Below are positions 12,202 to 20,808 of a stretch of DNA of 64,000 nucleotides, piece after piece (the stretch's first letter is position 1; the number at the start of each line of letters is the position of its first letter). This stretch comes from an uncultured Alphaproteobacteria bacterium. Lineage in GTDB: Bacteria > Pseudomonadota > Alphaproteobacteria > UBA2966. The notes below the pieces were generated by a model that did no database searches, was not told where the DNA came from, and was given only the letters and a program-made list of their open reading frames with translations. A program made the position numbers and the translations under genes. Location: NCBI GenBank assembly GCA_958295725.1, contig OY282368.1, positions 2,882,365-2,946,364 on the forward strand, written 5' to 3'.

Positions 12202-12672
12202 ATGATCCGGATTCAGAAGGAGGACTTCGACGTCGCCGCCGAGATCGCTTCGGTCGTCGGGACCGACCGAAGCGTCGGCGCCGTGACGGTCTTCATCGGG
12301 CTCGTCCGCGATATCAACGGCGGCGAGTCGATCGCGGACATGACGCTCGAGCACTACCCGGGCATGACGGAGAAGATGCTGGCGCGAATCGAGGCCGAGG
12401 CGATGTCACGGTGGCCCCTTTCAGCGAGTCTGATCATCCACCGGTACGGCCATCTTCAGCCGGGAGACAGGATCGTCCTGGTCATCTCCGCTTCCGCTCA
12501 TCGCCAAGCGGCCTTCGAAGCGAGCGAGTTTCTCGTCGACTGGCTCAAGGCCAAAGCGCCGTTCTGGAAGCGGGAAACGACGCCCGAGGGGGCCAGATGG
12601 GTCGCGGCCCGCGACAACGACGCCGCCGCGGCGGACCGCTGGACTGGCGAGCCCCGGCCGATAGTGGTATGA
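12202..12672 (+). CDS. moaE: Molybdopterin synthase catalytic subunit
   Basis: IRIQKEDFD, LEHYPGMTEK, IHRYGHL, SAHRQAAF, LKAKAPFWKRE. Confidence 0.95.
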   Translation: MIRIQKEDFDVAAEIASVVGTDRSVGAVTVFIGLVRDINGGESIADMTLEHYPGMTEKMLARIEAEAMSRWPLSASLIIHRYGHLQPGDRIVLVISASAHRQAAFEASEFLVDWLKAKAPFWKRETTPEGARWVAARDNDAAAADRWTGEPRPIVV

Positions 12673-12762
12673 TCGAGTCGAATTCGGAGTTATCCTGCGC
12701 GAATTCCCGATTCCGTTTTCCGCGGGTATGTTTTCCCGTCGGATATTGAGGAGGCCTTCAGC

Positions 12763-13620
12763 ATGTTCATACAGACCGAGGAAACCGAGGACACATCAGA
12801 ACTGCGCTTCATCCCGGGAGTCCCGGTTCTCAAATCGGGAACCGTGTCGTTCGAGCGCGGCGACGACATGGGACGCAGCCCTCTCGTCGAACGGCTGTTC
12901 GAGACCGGCGAGCTGCGCCGGGCGGATCTCCGCACGGATTCGATCACGTTGTCCAAACACGACGGCAAGGACTGGACACTGCTCAAACCGGCGATCCTGG
13001 GCGTCATCATGGACCACTTCATGTCCGAGCGTCCGATCCTTCTCGATGAAGCGTCGGATTCAGGATCCTCGCCGTCCGCCGCTACCGACGGCGATGGCGA
13101 AGTGGTCGGACAGATCGAGGAACTGCTGGAGACGAGGATCCGGCCCGTCGCCCGGGATCAAGGCGGTGACATCGTCTTTCACGGGTTCGAGGAGGGCCGC
13201 GTCATTCTCGAGTTCCACGGCGGCGCCCACGCGCTGCAAGGCGGAATCCAGACGATGTTGCGACACTACATCCCCGAGGTGGAAGAAGTCGTCAATCATC
13301 TGGACACGATTCCCAAGCCCGGGTTGGACACGGACGAAGGTCGGGCTATCAAGCGGCTGCTCGATGAAGAGATCAATCCGCAGATCGCCGTGCACGGCGG
13401 ACGCATCTCACTGGTCGACGTGGCCGACGACACGGCGTACGTCAAGCTCGAAGGCGGCTGTCAGGGTTGCGGGATGGCGTCGCTCACCCTCAAGCAGGGA
13501 GTCGAAGGGGCGATCATGCAAGCCGCCCCGTCCATCACCCAGGTTCTCGACACGACAGACCATGCCGACGGCGCGAACCCGTACTATCAGCCCGGCAAGG
13601 ACGGGATGAGCCCGATCTAA
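12763..13620 (+). CDS. Nfu/NifU-family Fe-S carrier with N-terminal scaffold domain and two NifU-C domains (first lacks CxxC)
   Basis: MFIQTE...SPLVERLF...LKPAILGVIMDHF; RIRP...GGDIVFHGF; second domain INPQIAVHGG...GGCQGCGMASLTLKQGVE...DTTDHADGANPYY. Confidence 0.85.
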   Translation: MFIQTEETEDTSELRFIPGVPVLKSGTVSFERGDDMGRSPLVERLFETGELRRADLRTDSITLSKHDGKDWTLLKPAILGVIMDHFMSERPILLDEASDSGSSPSAATDGDGEVVGQIEELLETRIRPVARDQGGDIVFHGFEEGRVILEFHGGAHALQGGIQTMLRHYIPEVEEVVNHLDTIPKPGLDTDEGRAIKRLLDEEINPQIAVHGGRISLVDVADDTAYVKLEGGCQGCGMASLTLKQGVEGAIMQAAPSITQVLDTTDHADGANPYYQPGKDGMSPI

Positions 13621-13661
13621 TATCTTTCGGGCCGGCCGCGACGGCGCGCGGTAATGCGCGG

Positions 13662-13850
13662 ATGAGGGTGCTCCTGGTCTCTGCCTACGATCTGGGCCAC
13701 CAGCCGTTCGGTTTGGCGTCGCCCGCCGCCTGGCTCAAACAGGCGGTGCGGACGTGAGGTATCTCGATCTCGCGGTCGAGGATTTCAGCGAAGACGCTCT
13801 CAATCGACGTCCGGATGGCGGCGGTTCACGTGCCCACGCACACTCGATGG
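13662..13850 (+). pseudogene. Frameshifted N-terminal remnant of a B12-binding-domain radical SAM protein (CUAEP/CCAEP-tail-like)
   Basis: Joining three frames gives MRVLLVSAYDLGHQPFGLASPAAWLKQA/GADVRYLDLAVEDFSEDAL/IDVRMAAVHVPTHT; no recognisable continuation after this. Confidence 0.65.
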
Positions 13851-14005
13851 GCCGTTCCTCCCGGAAACGATCCGCGTGCCCCCGTCGCCTCTCGTCGCCG
13901 GCAGGCAGGCGAGGGTCGTCGAGACGACCCGGGACGCCGTAATGGCGTTCGTCCTCTCGGAAGACCGGATCGACGGCGGATCCGCTGCATGAAACGGGGC
14001 GGCAG

Positions 14006-14890
14006 TTACGCGGCAGCCTTGCGCCGAACGATCGCGTCGTAATCTTCCATCAGTTGCCTGGTGATTTCGCCGACCGTGTATTCGTGGCCGTCGATCTCGC
14101 CCACGGGCGTGACCTCGGCGGCCGTTCCCGTCACGAAGACTTCGCTCGCCTCGTCGAGCTCGTCGGGCATGACGGCGCGCTCGACCACCTCGACCCCGCG
14201 CAGGCGCGCGAGATCCATGACCGTCTGGCGCGTGATGCCGGGCAGGAAGCAGTCGGCGGTCGGCGTGTGCAAGGCGCCATCGAAATTGAGGAAGATGTTG
14301 GATCCGGTGGACTCGGACACCTGTCCCCGCCAGTCCAGCATCAACGCGTCATCGTATCCCTCGACTTCCGCCTCGTGCTTCGCCAGCGTGCAGATCATGT
14401 AGAGGCCGGCCGCCTTGGCCTGGACCGGCGCGCATTCGGGAGGAGGACGTCGCCACCTCGCGGTCCGCAACCGGATGCCCTTCATGCGTGCCTCGGGCGA
14501 GAAATAGGCCGGCCACGGCCAGGCCGCGATGGCCACGTGAATCCGGGTGTTCTGCGCCGACACGCCCATCATCTCGGCGCCGCGCCAAGCCACGGGACGA
14601 ACGTATCCGTCCTGGATACGGTTGGCGGCCAGCACGTCGCGGCACGCCCGATCAATCTCTTCCAGGGTGTAGGGAATCCGGAAGCCCATCTCCACGGCGG
14701 AATAGAACAGCCGCTCCGTATGCTCGTGGAGCTTGAAGATTTCTCCTTCGTAGGAACGCTCCCCTTCGAATACCGCGGACGCGTAGTGCAACCCGTGGTT
14801 CAACACGTGCAGCGTGACGTTCCGCCAAGGCTTCATCTCGCCGTCGTACCAGATGAAACCGTCGCGATCGTCGAACGAAGGCGTAGACAT
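14006..14890 (-). CDS. ilvE: Branched-chain amino acid aminotransferase
   Basis: FDDRDGFIWYDG, HGLHYASAVFEG, YVRPVAWRG, KAAGLYM (PLP Lys), LPGITR, GTAAEVTP. Confidence 0.95.
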   Translation of the reverse strand: MSTPSFDDRDGFIWYDGEMKPWRNVTLHVLNHGLHYASAVFEGERSYEGEIFKLHEHTERLFYSAVEMGFRIPYTLEEIDRACRDVLAANRIQDGYVRPVAWRGAEMMGVSAQNTRIHVAIAAWPWPAYFSPEARMKGIRLRTARWRRPPPECAPVQAKAAGLYMICTLAKHEAEVEGYDDALMLDWRGQVSESTGSNIFLNFDGALHTPTADCFLPGITRQTVMDLARLRGVEVVERAVMPDELDEASEVFVTGTAAEVTPVGEIDGHEYTVGEITRQLMEDYDAIVRRKAAA

Positions 14891-15016
14891 ACGATAGTCC
14901 CCGTTATGGTCCCGTTGCAGGGGAATGACCGGGTTCGGAAACGTCCCAACGAATCGCGATTCCGCGACGCTCGAACGATACATTAACTGTTGCGCTGGGT
15001 AGCACCAGGGGCAATA

Positions 15017-15037
15017 TATGTCAACGTGACTGACGTA
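15017..15037. promoter_or_regulatory. Putative MarR operator palindrome TATGTCA-N7-TGACGTA overlapping the MarR start codon
   Basis: 7-bp inverted repeat with 1 mismatch in the AT-richer ilvE/marR divergent region. Confidence 0.45.
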
Positions 15038-15520
15038 AAGACCGGCCCCAACCCTCTTTTCCTGCGTGACGAGGAGCTCGTCCAGGGGATCGAGCTCCTG
15101 TTCTACGCCTATCGCGATTTCACCGAAGACCCGGACGCGGTTCTCGAAGAGTACGGTTTCGGGCGGGCTCACCACAGGGTGGTTCACTTCGTGGCGCGCA
15201 ATCCGGGGATGTCCGTCGCCGAACTCCTCGAGATCCTGCGCATCACCAAGCAGTCGCTGTCGCGCGTCCTCGGCCAACTGGTCGAGCGCGGGTTCGTCGT
15301 GCAACGGAAGGGGACGCGCGACCGGCGGCAGAGGCTGCTCTATCTCACGGAAACGGGACGGGATCTGGCGGAGCGTCTCACGGAACCCCAGAAACGCCGA
15401 GTGGCGCGCGCTTACCGCGGAGCCGGCGCCGACGCCGTCGAGGGCTACCGGAAGGTCCTGACCGGCCTGATCGACGACGGCCGTCACGAGACTGCGTCCG
15501 GCCCGGTCCGACGCCGCTGA
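15026..15520 (+). CDS. MarR family transcriptional regulator (PetP-like)
   Basis: LFLRDEEL..GIELLFYAYRDFT, FGRAHHRVVHFV, ILRITKQSLSRVL, DRRQRLLYLT; GTG start inferred. Confidence 0.88.
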   Translation: MTDVKTGPNPLFLRDEELVQGIELLFYAYRDFTEDPDAVLEEYGFGRAHHRVVHFVARNPGMSVAELLEILRITKQSLSRVLGQLVERGFVVQRKGTRDRRQRLLYLTETGRDLAERLTEPQKRRVARAYRGAGADAVEGYRKVLTGLIDDGRHETASGPVRRR

Positions 15521-15538
15521 AGCGCGACGGCAGGTCCG

Positions 15539-16219
15539 GTGCGTGAGTTTCCGCCCCACATCCTGGTCGTCGACGACGATACCAGACTGCGCGAGCTGCT
15601 CCGGGATTATCTCGGTGCTAACGGGTTCAACGTCACCACGGCGGAGCATGCCGCCGGGGCCAGGCGAAAGCTCGCCGGCCTCGACTTCGACCTGATCGTC
15701 CTAGACGTGATGATGCCCGGGGAATCCGGGTTCGATCTCACCGGACACCTGCGGTCGACCTCCCGGGTCCCCATTCTCCTGTTGACGGCTCGCGGCGATG
15801 CCGACGACCGGATCACCGGTCTGGAACGGGGCGCCGACGACTATCTGCAAAAGCCGTTCGAGCCTCGCGAACTCATCCTGCGTATCCAGAGCATCCTGCG
15901 TCGTAGCGGGCCTAGCCGCGTGGAATCCGAACCGCTCTCCATCGACGGCCACACCTTCGACGGCGAGCACGGAGAACTGCGCTCCGACGACCACGTCACC
16001 CGCCTGACGGCGAGCGAGGCGATGCTGCTGTCGGTCTTCGCGGCGAACGCCGGAACGGTCCTGTCGAGATCCGAACTGGCGCGCCGGGCAGGCGTGAACA
16101 GCGAGCGCGCCGTCGACGTGCAAATCACCCGACTGCGCCGTAAGATCGAGCGCGACCCCCGGAACCCACGGCACCTGCGGACCGTGTGGGGGAAAGGCTA
16201 CGTTCTTTGGCCCGACTGA
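15539..16219 (+). CDS. OmpR-family response regulator (PetR-like)
   Basis: HILVVDDD, LDVMMPGE, GADDYLQKPF, wHTH RAVDVQITRLRRKIE..TVWGKGY. Confidence 0.92.
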   Translation: MREFPPHILVVDDDTRLRELLRDYLGANGFNVTTAEHAAGARRKLAGLDFDLIVLDVMMPGESGFDLTGHLRSTSRVPILLLTARGDADDRITGLERGADDYLQKPFEPRELILRIQSILRRSGPSRVESEPLSIDGHTFDGEHGELRSDDHVTRLTASEAMLLSVFAANAGTVLSRSELARRAGVNSERAVDVQITRLRRKIERDPRNPRHLRTVWGKGYVLWPD

Positions 16220-16220
16220 C

Positions 16221-17624
16221 ATGATGCGAGCGAGCGCGATCGCGCGGAGAGCGCGCCGGCTCACGACGCGGTTGATCAAGCGATACCTGCCCGGGTCCCT
16301 CTTCGGCCGCGCCCTGCTGATCATCGTGACGCCTGTCGTGGCGCTACAACTCATCGCCACTCTCGTCTTCTACGAGCGACATTGGGACACCGTCACGCGG
16401 CGCCTGGCGCTCGGGCTCGCCGGCGACACGGCTCTCGTCGTCGAGATGACGCACGACGCGACGACGCCCGAGGAGTTGGAGCCGGTATTCGAATCCGCGG
16501 CGCATCATCTATCGCTACGGTTGACGTACCTACCCGGCGAGATTCTTCTCAACCGGCCGCCAAGGATCAGCGTCGCCAATCGCATCGTGGACCGGATGCT
16601 GCACAAGGCGTTCACCGCGTACCTCCCCCGTCCGTTCCGCATCGATACGACCGGTTTCGGAGATGACATCGAAATCCGGGTACAGTTGTCGGACGGCGTG
16701 CTCAGGGTTCTCACGACGCGCAAGCGCGTCACCAGCTCGACCACCTATATCTTCGTCATGTGGATGGTCGGCACGTCCCTGATCCTGTTGGCCGTCGCCA
16801 TCCTGTTCCTGCACAATCAAATCCGGCCGGTCCGCCGTCTGGCCAAGGCGGCGGAGGAATTCGGCAAGGGCCGGGACGTCCGCGACTTCCATCCATCGGG
16901 CGCCACGGAGGTGCGTCAGGCAGCCGCGGCCTTCATCAACATGCGCGACCGCATCCGGCGCCATATCGCGCAGAGGACCGAGATGTTGGCGGCCGTCAGC
17001 CACGACCTAAGAACGCCGCTGACGCGCATGAAACTCCAGCTCGCCATGCTGAACGAAAGCGACGGCGTCGAACACCTGAAGGCGGATGTGTCGGAGATGG
17101 AACGCATGGTCGAGGGCTATCTGGCCTTCATGCGCGGACAGGACGCGGAAGCCGTCGTGGATACCGACATCGCGGACCTGCTCAGAACCGTGGCCGCCGA
17201 CGCGGGCCGCCAGGGTGTCGAGGTTGCGGTTTCGATGCCGGAGGAGGCGCTCCGCGGCGGCGACGGTGGCAGGCCCGCGGACGGCCGTATCGTTCCGCTG
17301 CGTCCCAATGCCATCCGACGCTGCATGACCAATCTCGTGGACAATGCGGCCCGCCACGGGCGACACGTGGAGATCTCCATGGACGCGAGAGAAGGCCGGG
17401 TCGAGATCTCCGTCGACGACGACGGCCCCGGCATCCCGGAGGACCGGCGCGAAGAGGTCTTTCGTCCCTTCCACAGGCTTCGGGACTCTCGCGACCCGAA
17501 GACCGACGGCATGGGACTCGGTCTGGCCATCGCCCGCGACGTCGCCCATAACCACGGCGGCGACATCGAGTTGTCGACATCCCCGATGGGAGGGCTGCGA
17601 GCGTCCGTCCAGCTTCCCGTGTAG
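16221..17624 (+). CDS. EnvZ-like sensor histidine kinase
   Basis: Two TM segments, HAMP, SHDLRTPLTR, NLVDNA, DDGPGI, GLGLAIA. Confidence 0.92.
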   Translation: MMRASAIARRARRLTTRLIKRYLPGSLFGRALLIIVTPVVALQLIATLVFYERHWDTVTRRLALGLAGDTALVVEMTHDATTPEELEPVFESAAHHLSLRLTYLPGEILLNRPPRISVANRIVDRMLHKAFTAYLPRPFRIDTTGFGDDIEIRVQLSDGVLRVLTTRKRVTSSTTYIFVMWMVGTSLILLAVAILFLHNQIRPVRRLAKAAEEFGKGRDVRDFHPSGATEVRQAAAAFINMRDRIRRHIAQRTEMLAAVSHDLRTPLTRMKLQLAMLNESDGVEHLKADVSEMERMVEGYLAFMRGQDAEAVVDTDIADLLRTVAADAGRQGVEVAVSMPEEALRGGDGGRPADGRIVPLRPNAIRRCMTNLVDNAARHGRHVEISMDAREGRVEISVDDDGPGIPEDRREEVFRPFHRLRDSRDPKTDGMGLGLAIARDVAHNHGGDIELSTSPMGGLRASVQLPV

Positions 17625-17700
17625 AGAGGCTCCTGTCCGGCTGGAACGGCTCCGGCGTTCCGTGCCGCCCGCGTCGCGGCCCCGATGGAACGGCTCCCGT

Positions 17701-18039
17701 TCAGTAGAGTCGGCCGCCGTCGGGTACGGTCTTGTCCGGCGCGACGAGGACCACCTCGCCATTGTCGTCGGGAAAGCCGAGAACGAGGACCTCGGACATG
17801 AACGGTCCGATCTGTCGCGGCGGGAAGTTGACGACCGCCGCGACCTGGCGGCCCCTGAGCGCTTCTTTATCGTAGTTCGCCGTCAATTGGGCGGACGACC
17901 TCCGTTCGCCGATATCCGGTCCGAAATCGATACGCAGCCTGTATGCCGGTTTTCGGGCCGCGGGAAAGTCGTCGACCGCGACGACGGTGCCCACCCGTAC
18001 GTCGACGCGCAGAAAATCGTCGAAGGATATCTCGTTCAT
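17701..18039 (-). CDS. csaA: tRNA-binding protein / export chaperone CsaA
   Basis: ISFDDFLRVDVRVG, ARKPAYRL.IDFG, SSAQLT, VNFPPRQIGPFMSEVLVLG. Confidence 0.9.
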   Translation of the reverse strand: MNEISFDDFLRVDVRVGTVVAVDDFPAARKPAYRLRIDFGPDIGERRSSAQLTANYDKEALRGRQVAAVVNFPPRQIGPFMSEVLVLGFPDDNGEVVLVAPDKTVPDGGRLY

Positions 18040-18044
18040 CCGGC

Positions 18045-18680
18045 TTACGAAGATGCCTCGGCGGCGGACCCGTTCGCTCTTCCCGGACTCGCGACCCCGC
18101 CGAATCTGGCCGCGATGCCGTCCACTCTCCTCAACTGGCGGTCGACGAACGTCATCGTCCTGGCCATGTCATCGCTGTCGTCCGAGCGCCAGACTCGAAC
18201 GGCCCCCAACATGATCAGACCGAGGCCCTCGATACGGAGCATCCCGGAAAGGCCGCCGTGATCGATCCGGGCCGTCTCCAGCATCCAGGCCAGGGAGCGC
18301 GCATGGATCGGCCACAGGCAGGCGCAGGCGAGCGGCCGGCGCCGCATGTCCTCGAAGATGGCGACGATGCCGTCCTTGTGGGGATTGAGCAGGTCGAACC
18401 GTCTCATGATCACGTCGAAGAGGCGGTCGCGCGCCGATTCGTCGGCCAACGCGGGGTCGTCTCCGGCGATCATCCGATCGTCGATCCCGCGCAGGAACGC
18501 CGCCACGACATGAAGTTTCGACGGGGCGACCTCATAGACCTCCCGCATGGACAGGCCCGCCGCCTCGGCTATGTCGGACATGCGGGTATCCCGCCAACCC
18601 TGCCGCCCGGCGAGCTCCAGCGCCGCCCGGACGACCCGGTCGAGCGGGTCGGCAAGCTTTGCGCGCACCCGTTTGGCCAT
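18045..18680 (-). CDS. TetR/AcrR-like transcriptional regulator
   Basis: N-terminal HTH (AALELAGRQGW..MSDIAEAAGLS), RDRLFDVIMRRFD, DDSDDMARTM. Confidence 0.75.
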   Translation of the reverse strand: MAKRVRAKLADPLDRVVRAALELAGRQGWRDTRMSDIAEAAGLSMREVYEVAPSKLHVVAAFLRGIDDRMIAGDDPALADESARDRLFDVIMRRFDLLNPHKDGIVAIFEDMRRRPLACACLWPIHARSLAWMLETARIDHGGLSGMLRIEGLGLIMLGAVRVWRSDDSDDMARTMTFVDRQLRRVDGIAARFGGVASPGRANGSAAEASS

Positions 18681-18772
18681 GTCTTGCCCCTCTTCAGGCC
18701 AGCGTCGGACCGATGATGGCACAATATCCGCCGTGTCGCGACGCCCCCGTCCCGCGCGAGCATCGCGAGAAG

Positions 18773-19585
18773 TCAGCCGGCGAGTTCCCGAGAGCGGCGT
18801 GTCGCCGCCGCCACCGCCCGGGTCAGCAACCGGCCCATTCCGTCGTCCGCCATCAACACATCGAGAGCCGCCGCGGTCGTTCCGCCGGGACTGGTGACGT
18901 TCCATCGCAGTTCGGAGGGCGCCTCTTCCGAACCGCGCACGAGCTCGCCCGCGCCCGACACCGTCGCCCGGGCGAGGCGCATGGCGAGGTCGGGGGGCAG
19001 TCCGGCTTTCACGCCCGCCTCGGCCAGACACTCGACAAGGAGGAATACGTAGGCGGGGCCACTCCCCGACGTCGCCGTCACCGCGTCGAGCAGGCCTTCG
19101 TCTTCCACCCACGCGACCTCTCCCACCGCTGCCAGCAGCTCGTCGCAGGCCGACCGGCCATCGCCGCCGACACGCCTGTTGGCGCAGGCGACGCTGATGC
19201 CGCGGCCGATGGCGGCCGGCGTGTTCGGCATGGTACGGACGATCGGGGCATCCTTGCCCAGACGACTCTCGAAATAGGCGATGGACCTCCCCGCGGCGAT
19301 CGACAGGAACACCGTGCCGGGACCGACGAATTTCGCGTAAGCGGGCACCACGCCGTCGGTGATCTGCGGTTTGACGGCGAAGACGACGACCCCCGGCGCG
19401 ACATCGCGCGGCAATGCGTCCACCGCACCGCTACAGGAAACACCGAGTTCGCGCGCCAGGGAGCGAGATTCCTCCACCGGGTCGACGACATGAACGTCGC
19501 CCGCGCCGACCCCGCGTCGCAACCATCCGCGCAACAGGGCACCGCCCATCTTTCCACAACCGACAAGAAGGATGGTCTCGTTCAT
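18773..19585 (-). CDS. proC: Pyrroline-5-carboxylate reductase
   Basis: GCGKMG, AVKPQ, SIAAG, RTMPNTP, SGSGPAYVF, VTSPGGTT. Confidence 0.97.
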   Translation of the reverse strand: MNETILLVGCGKMGGALLRGWLRRGVGAGDVHVVDPVEESRSLARELGVSCSGAVDALPRDVAPGVVVFAVKPQITDGVVPAYAKFVGPGTVFLSIAAGRSIAYFESRLGKDAPIVRTMPNTPAAIGRGISVACANRRVGGDGRSACDELLAAVGEVAWVEDEGLLDAVTATSGSGPAYVFLLVECLAEAGVKAGLPPDLAMRLARATVSGAGELVRGSEEAPSELRWNVTSPGGTTAAALDVLMADDGMGRLLTRAVAAATRRSRELAG

Positions 19586-19607
19586 GGGCGAAAACCGACA
19601 GGCCGGC

Positions 19608-20111
19608 TCAGGCCTCGCCGACCGTCTCCAGCATGGCCGAGGCCAAGGCGTCGTCCGCCGTCTTGCCGCCCCACAGCATGAGCATGAAGGCGGGGAAATA
19701 GCGTTCGCTCTCGTTCAACGCCACCTCGATGAGGTCCTCGACCTGCCGGGGCGTGGCACCGGCGCCAGCCCCGAGCAGAAGCGCGTACCGGAACATCACA
19801 AATCCGCCTTCGGCCGAATAATCGAAATGCCCGAGCCACAGGCGTTCATTGACCAGAGTGAGCAGCGCACAGGCGTCCGGCAAGCGGTGATCGGGAACCC
19901 GCAGGTCGAAAGCACAGGAAAACTGCATCGCGCCCCGATCTTCCAGCCACGTAAACCACATGTGGTAGCGGTTCCAGTGGCCCTCGACGTATGTCGCGAG
20001 CTCGTCGTCTCCCGAACGATCGGCAGGCCATTCGTTGGTCGCCACGAACCGCTCGACGATATCGAGCGGGTTTGCCAGCGCGGGTCCGACCGGGTCAACC
20101 AGACCGGTCAC
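19608..20111 (-). CDS. YbjN domain-containing protein
   Basis: NPLDIVE, VNERLWLGHFD, ERYFPAF...WGGK..ALASAMLETVGEA; typical neighbour of proC in Alphaproteobacteria. Confidence 0.8.
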   Translation of the reverse strand: MTGLVDPVGPALANPLDIVERFVATNEWPADRSGDDELATYVEGHWNRYHMWFTWLEDRGAMQFSCAFDLRVPDHRLPDACALLTLVNERLWLGHFDYSAEGGFVMFRYALLLGAGAGATPRQVEDLIEVALNESERYFPAFMLMLWGGKTADDALASAMLETVGEA

Positions 20112-20334
20112 GATTGGATCTCCGCGATGGACAAGCGGGGGGAAAGCGACGGTTCGGTCGATACCTCATCGCCAGTGTTTCAATATCTTGTGGGCAATGC
20201 CAACCCCATTACAGAATGTAGATTGCCAAATCGCGGAGTCGGGCGCAAGCGCCGAATCGGGCCGGTTGTCGGAAATCCATGGGAAACACGCCGCCGGCGC
20301 GTCTTATCGGCCGATGTCCGGAACCGGAAACCGT

Positions 20335-20676
20335 TCAGGGCGACATCCCGCCGGTATCTCGCGTCGCGCGCTTCCCGCTCGCGGCCGCGCCGCCCTTGGC
20401 CTTGCGTCCGCCCGCGGCCCGGCGCCTTGCCGGCGCGTTCGATTTCTCGAGCGCCTCGATCCGTTTCGCGAGAGCATCGTTCTCGCGCCGCGCCGCCGCG
20501 GCCATCGCCTTGACGGCGTCGAACTCCTCGCGGGTCACCAGATCCATGCCATTCAATATGCGCTCAAACTGATCCCGTAGACGCACCTCGACCTCGCCCT
20601 TCACGCCTTGCAGCGTCCCAATGGCGCTCGCGGCCACGCGGGCCAGATCGTCGAGGAGTTTGTTGTCGGTCTGCAT
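20335..20676 (-). CDS. Accessory factor UbiK (BMFP) family protein
   Basis: MQTDNKLLDDLAR...MDLVTREEFDAVKAMAAAARREN coiled coil. Confidence 0.85.
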   Translation of the reverse strand: MQTDNKLLDDLARVAASAIGTLQGVKGEVEVRLRDQFERILNGMDLVTREEFDAVKAMAAAARRENDALAKRIEALEKSNAPARRRAAGGRKAKGGAAASGKRATRDTGGMSP

Positions 20677-20808
20677 TTCGAGCGTTTCCGGCAATTCCGT
20701 GACTATGACGCAGACGGGCGATGGCGGCAAGCCTCGGTGCTCTTGCGGCCCGCGCGGCCGCTTCCTATAAGGGCCCAGACTCGAACGGATGGCGACGCTG
20801 CGAGACCC

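Noticed and set aside
17642..17697. 12-bp direct repeat TGGAACGGCTCC (two copies) between convergent genes
   Set aside because: Only two copies, no array and no cas genes; not a CRISPR.
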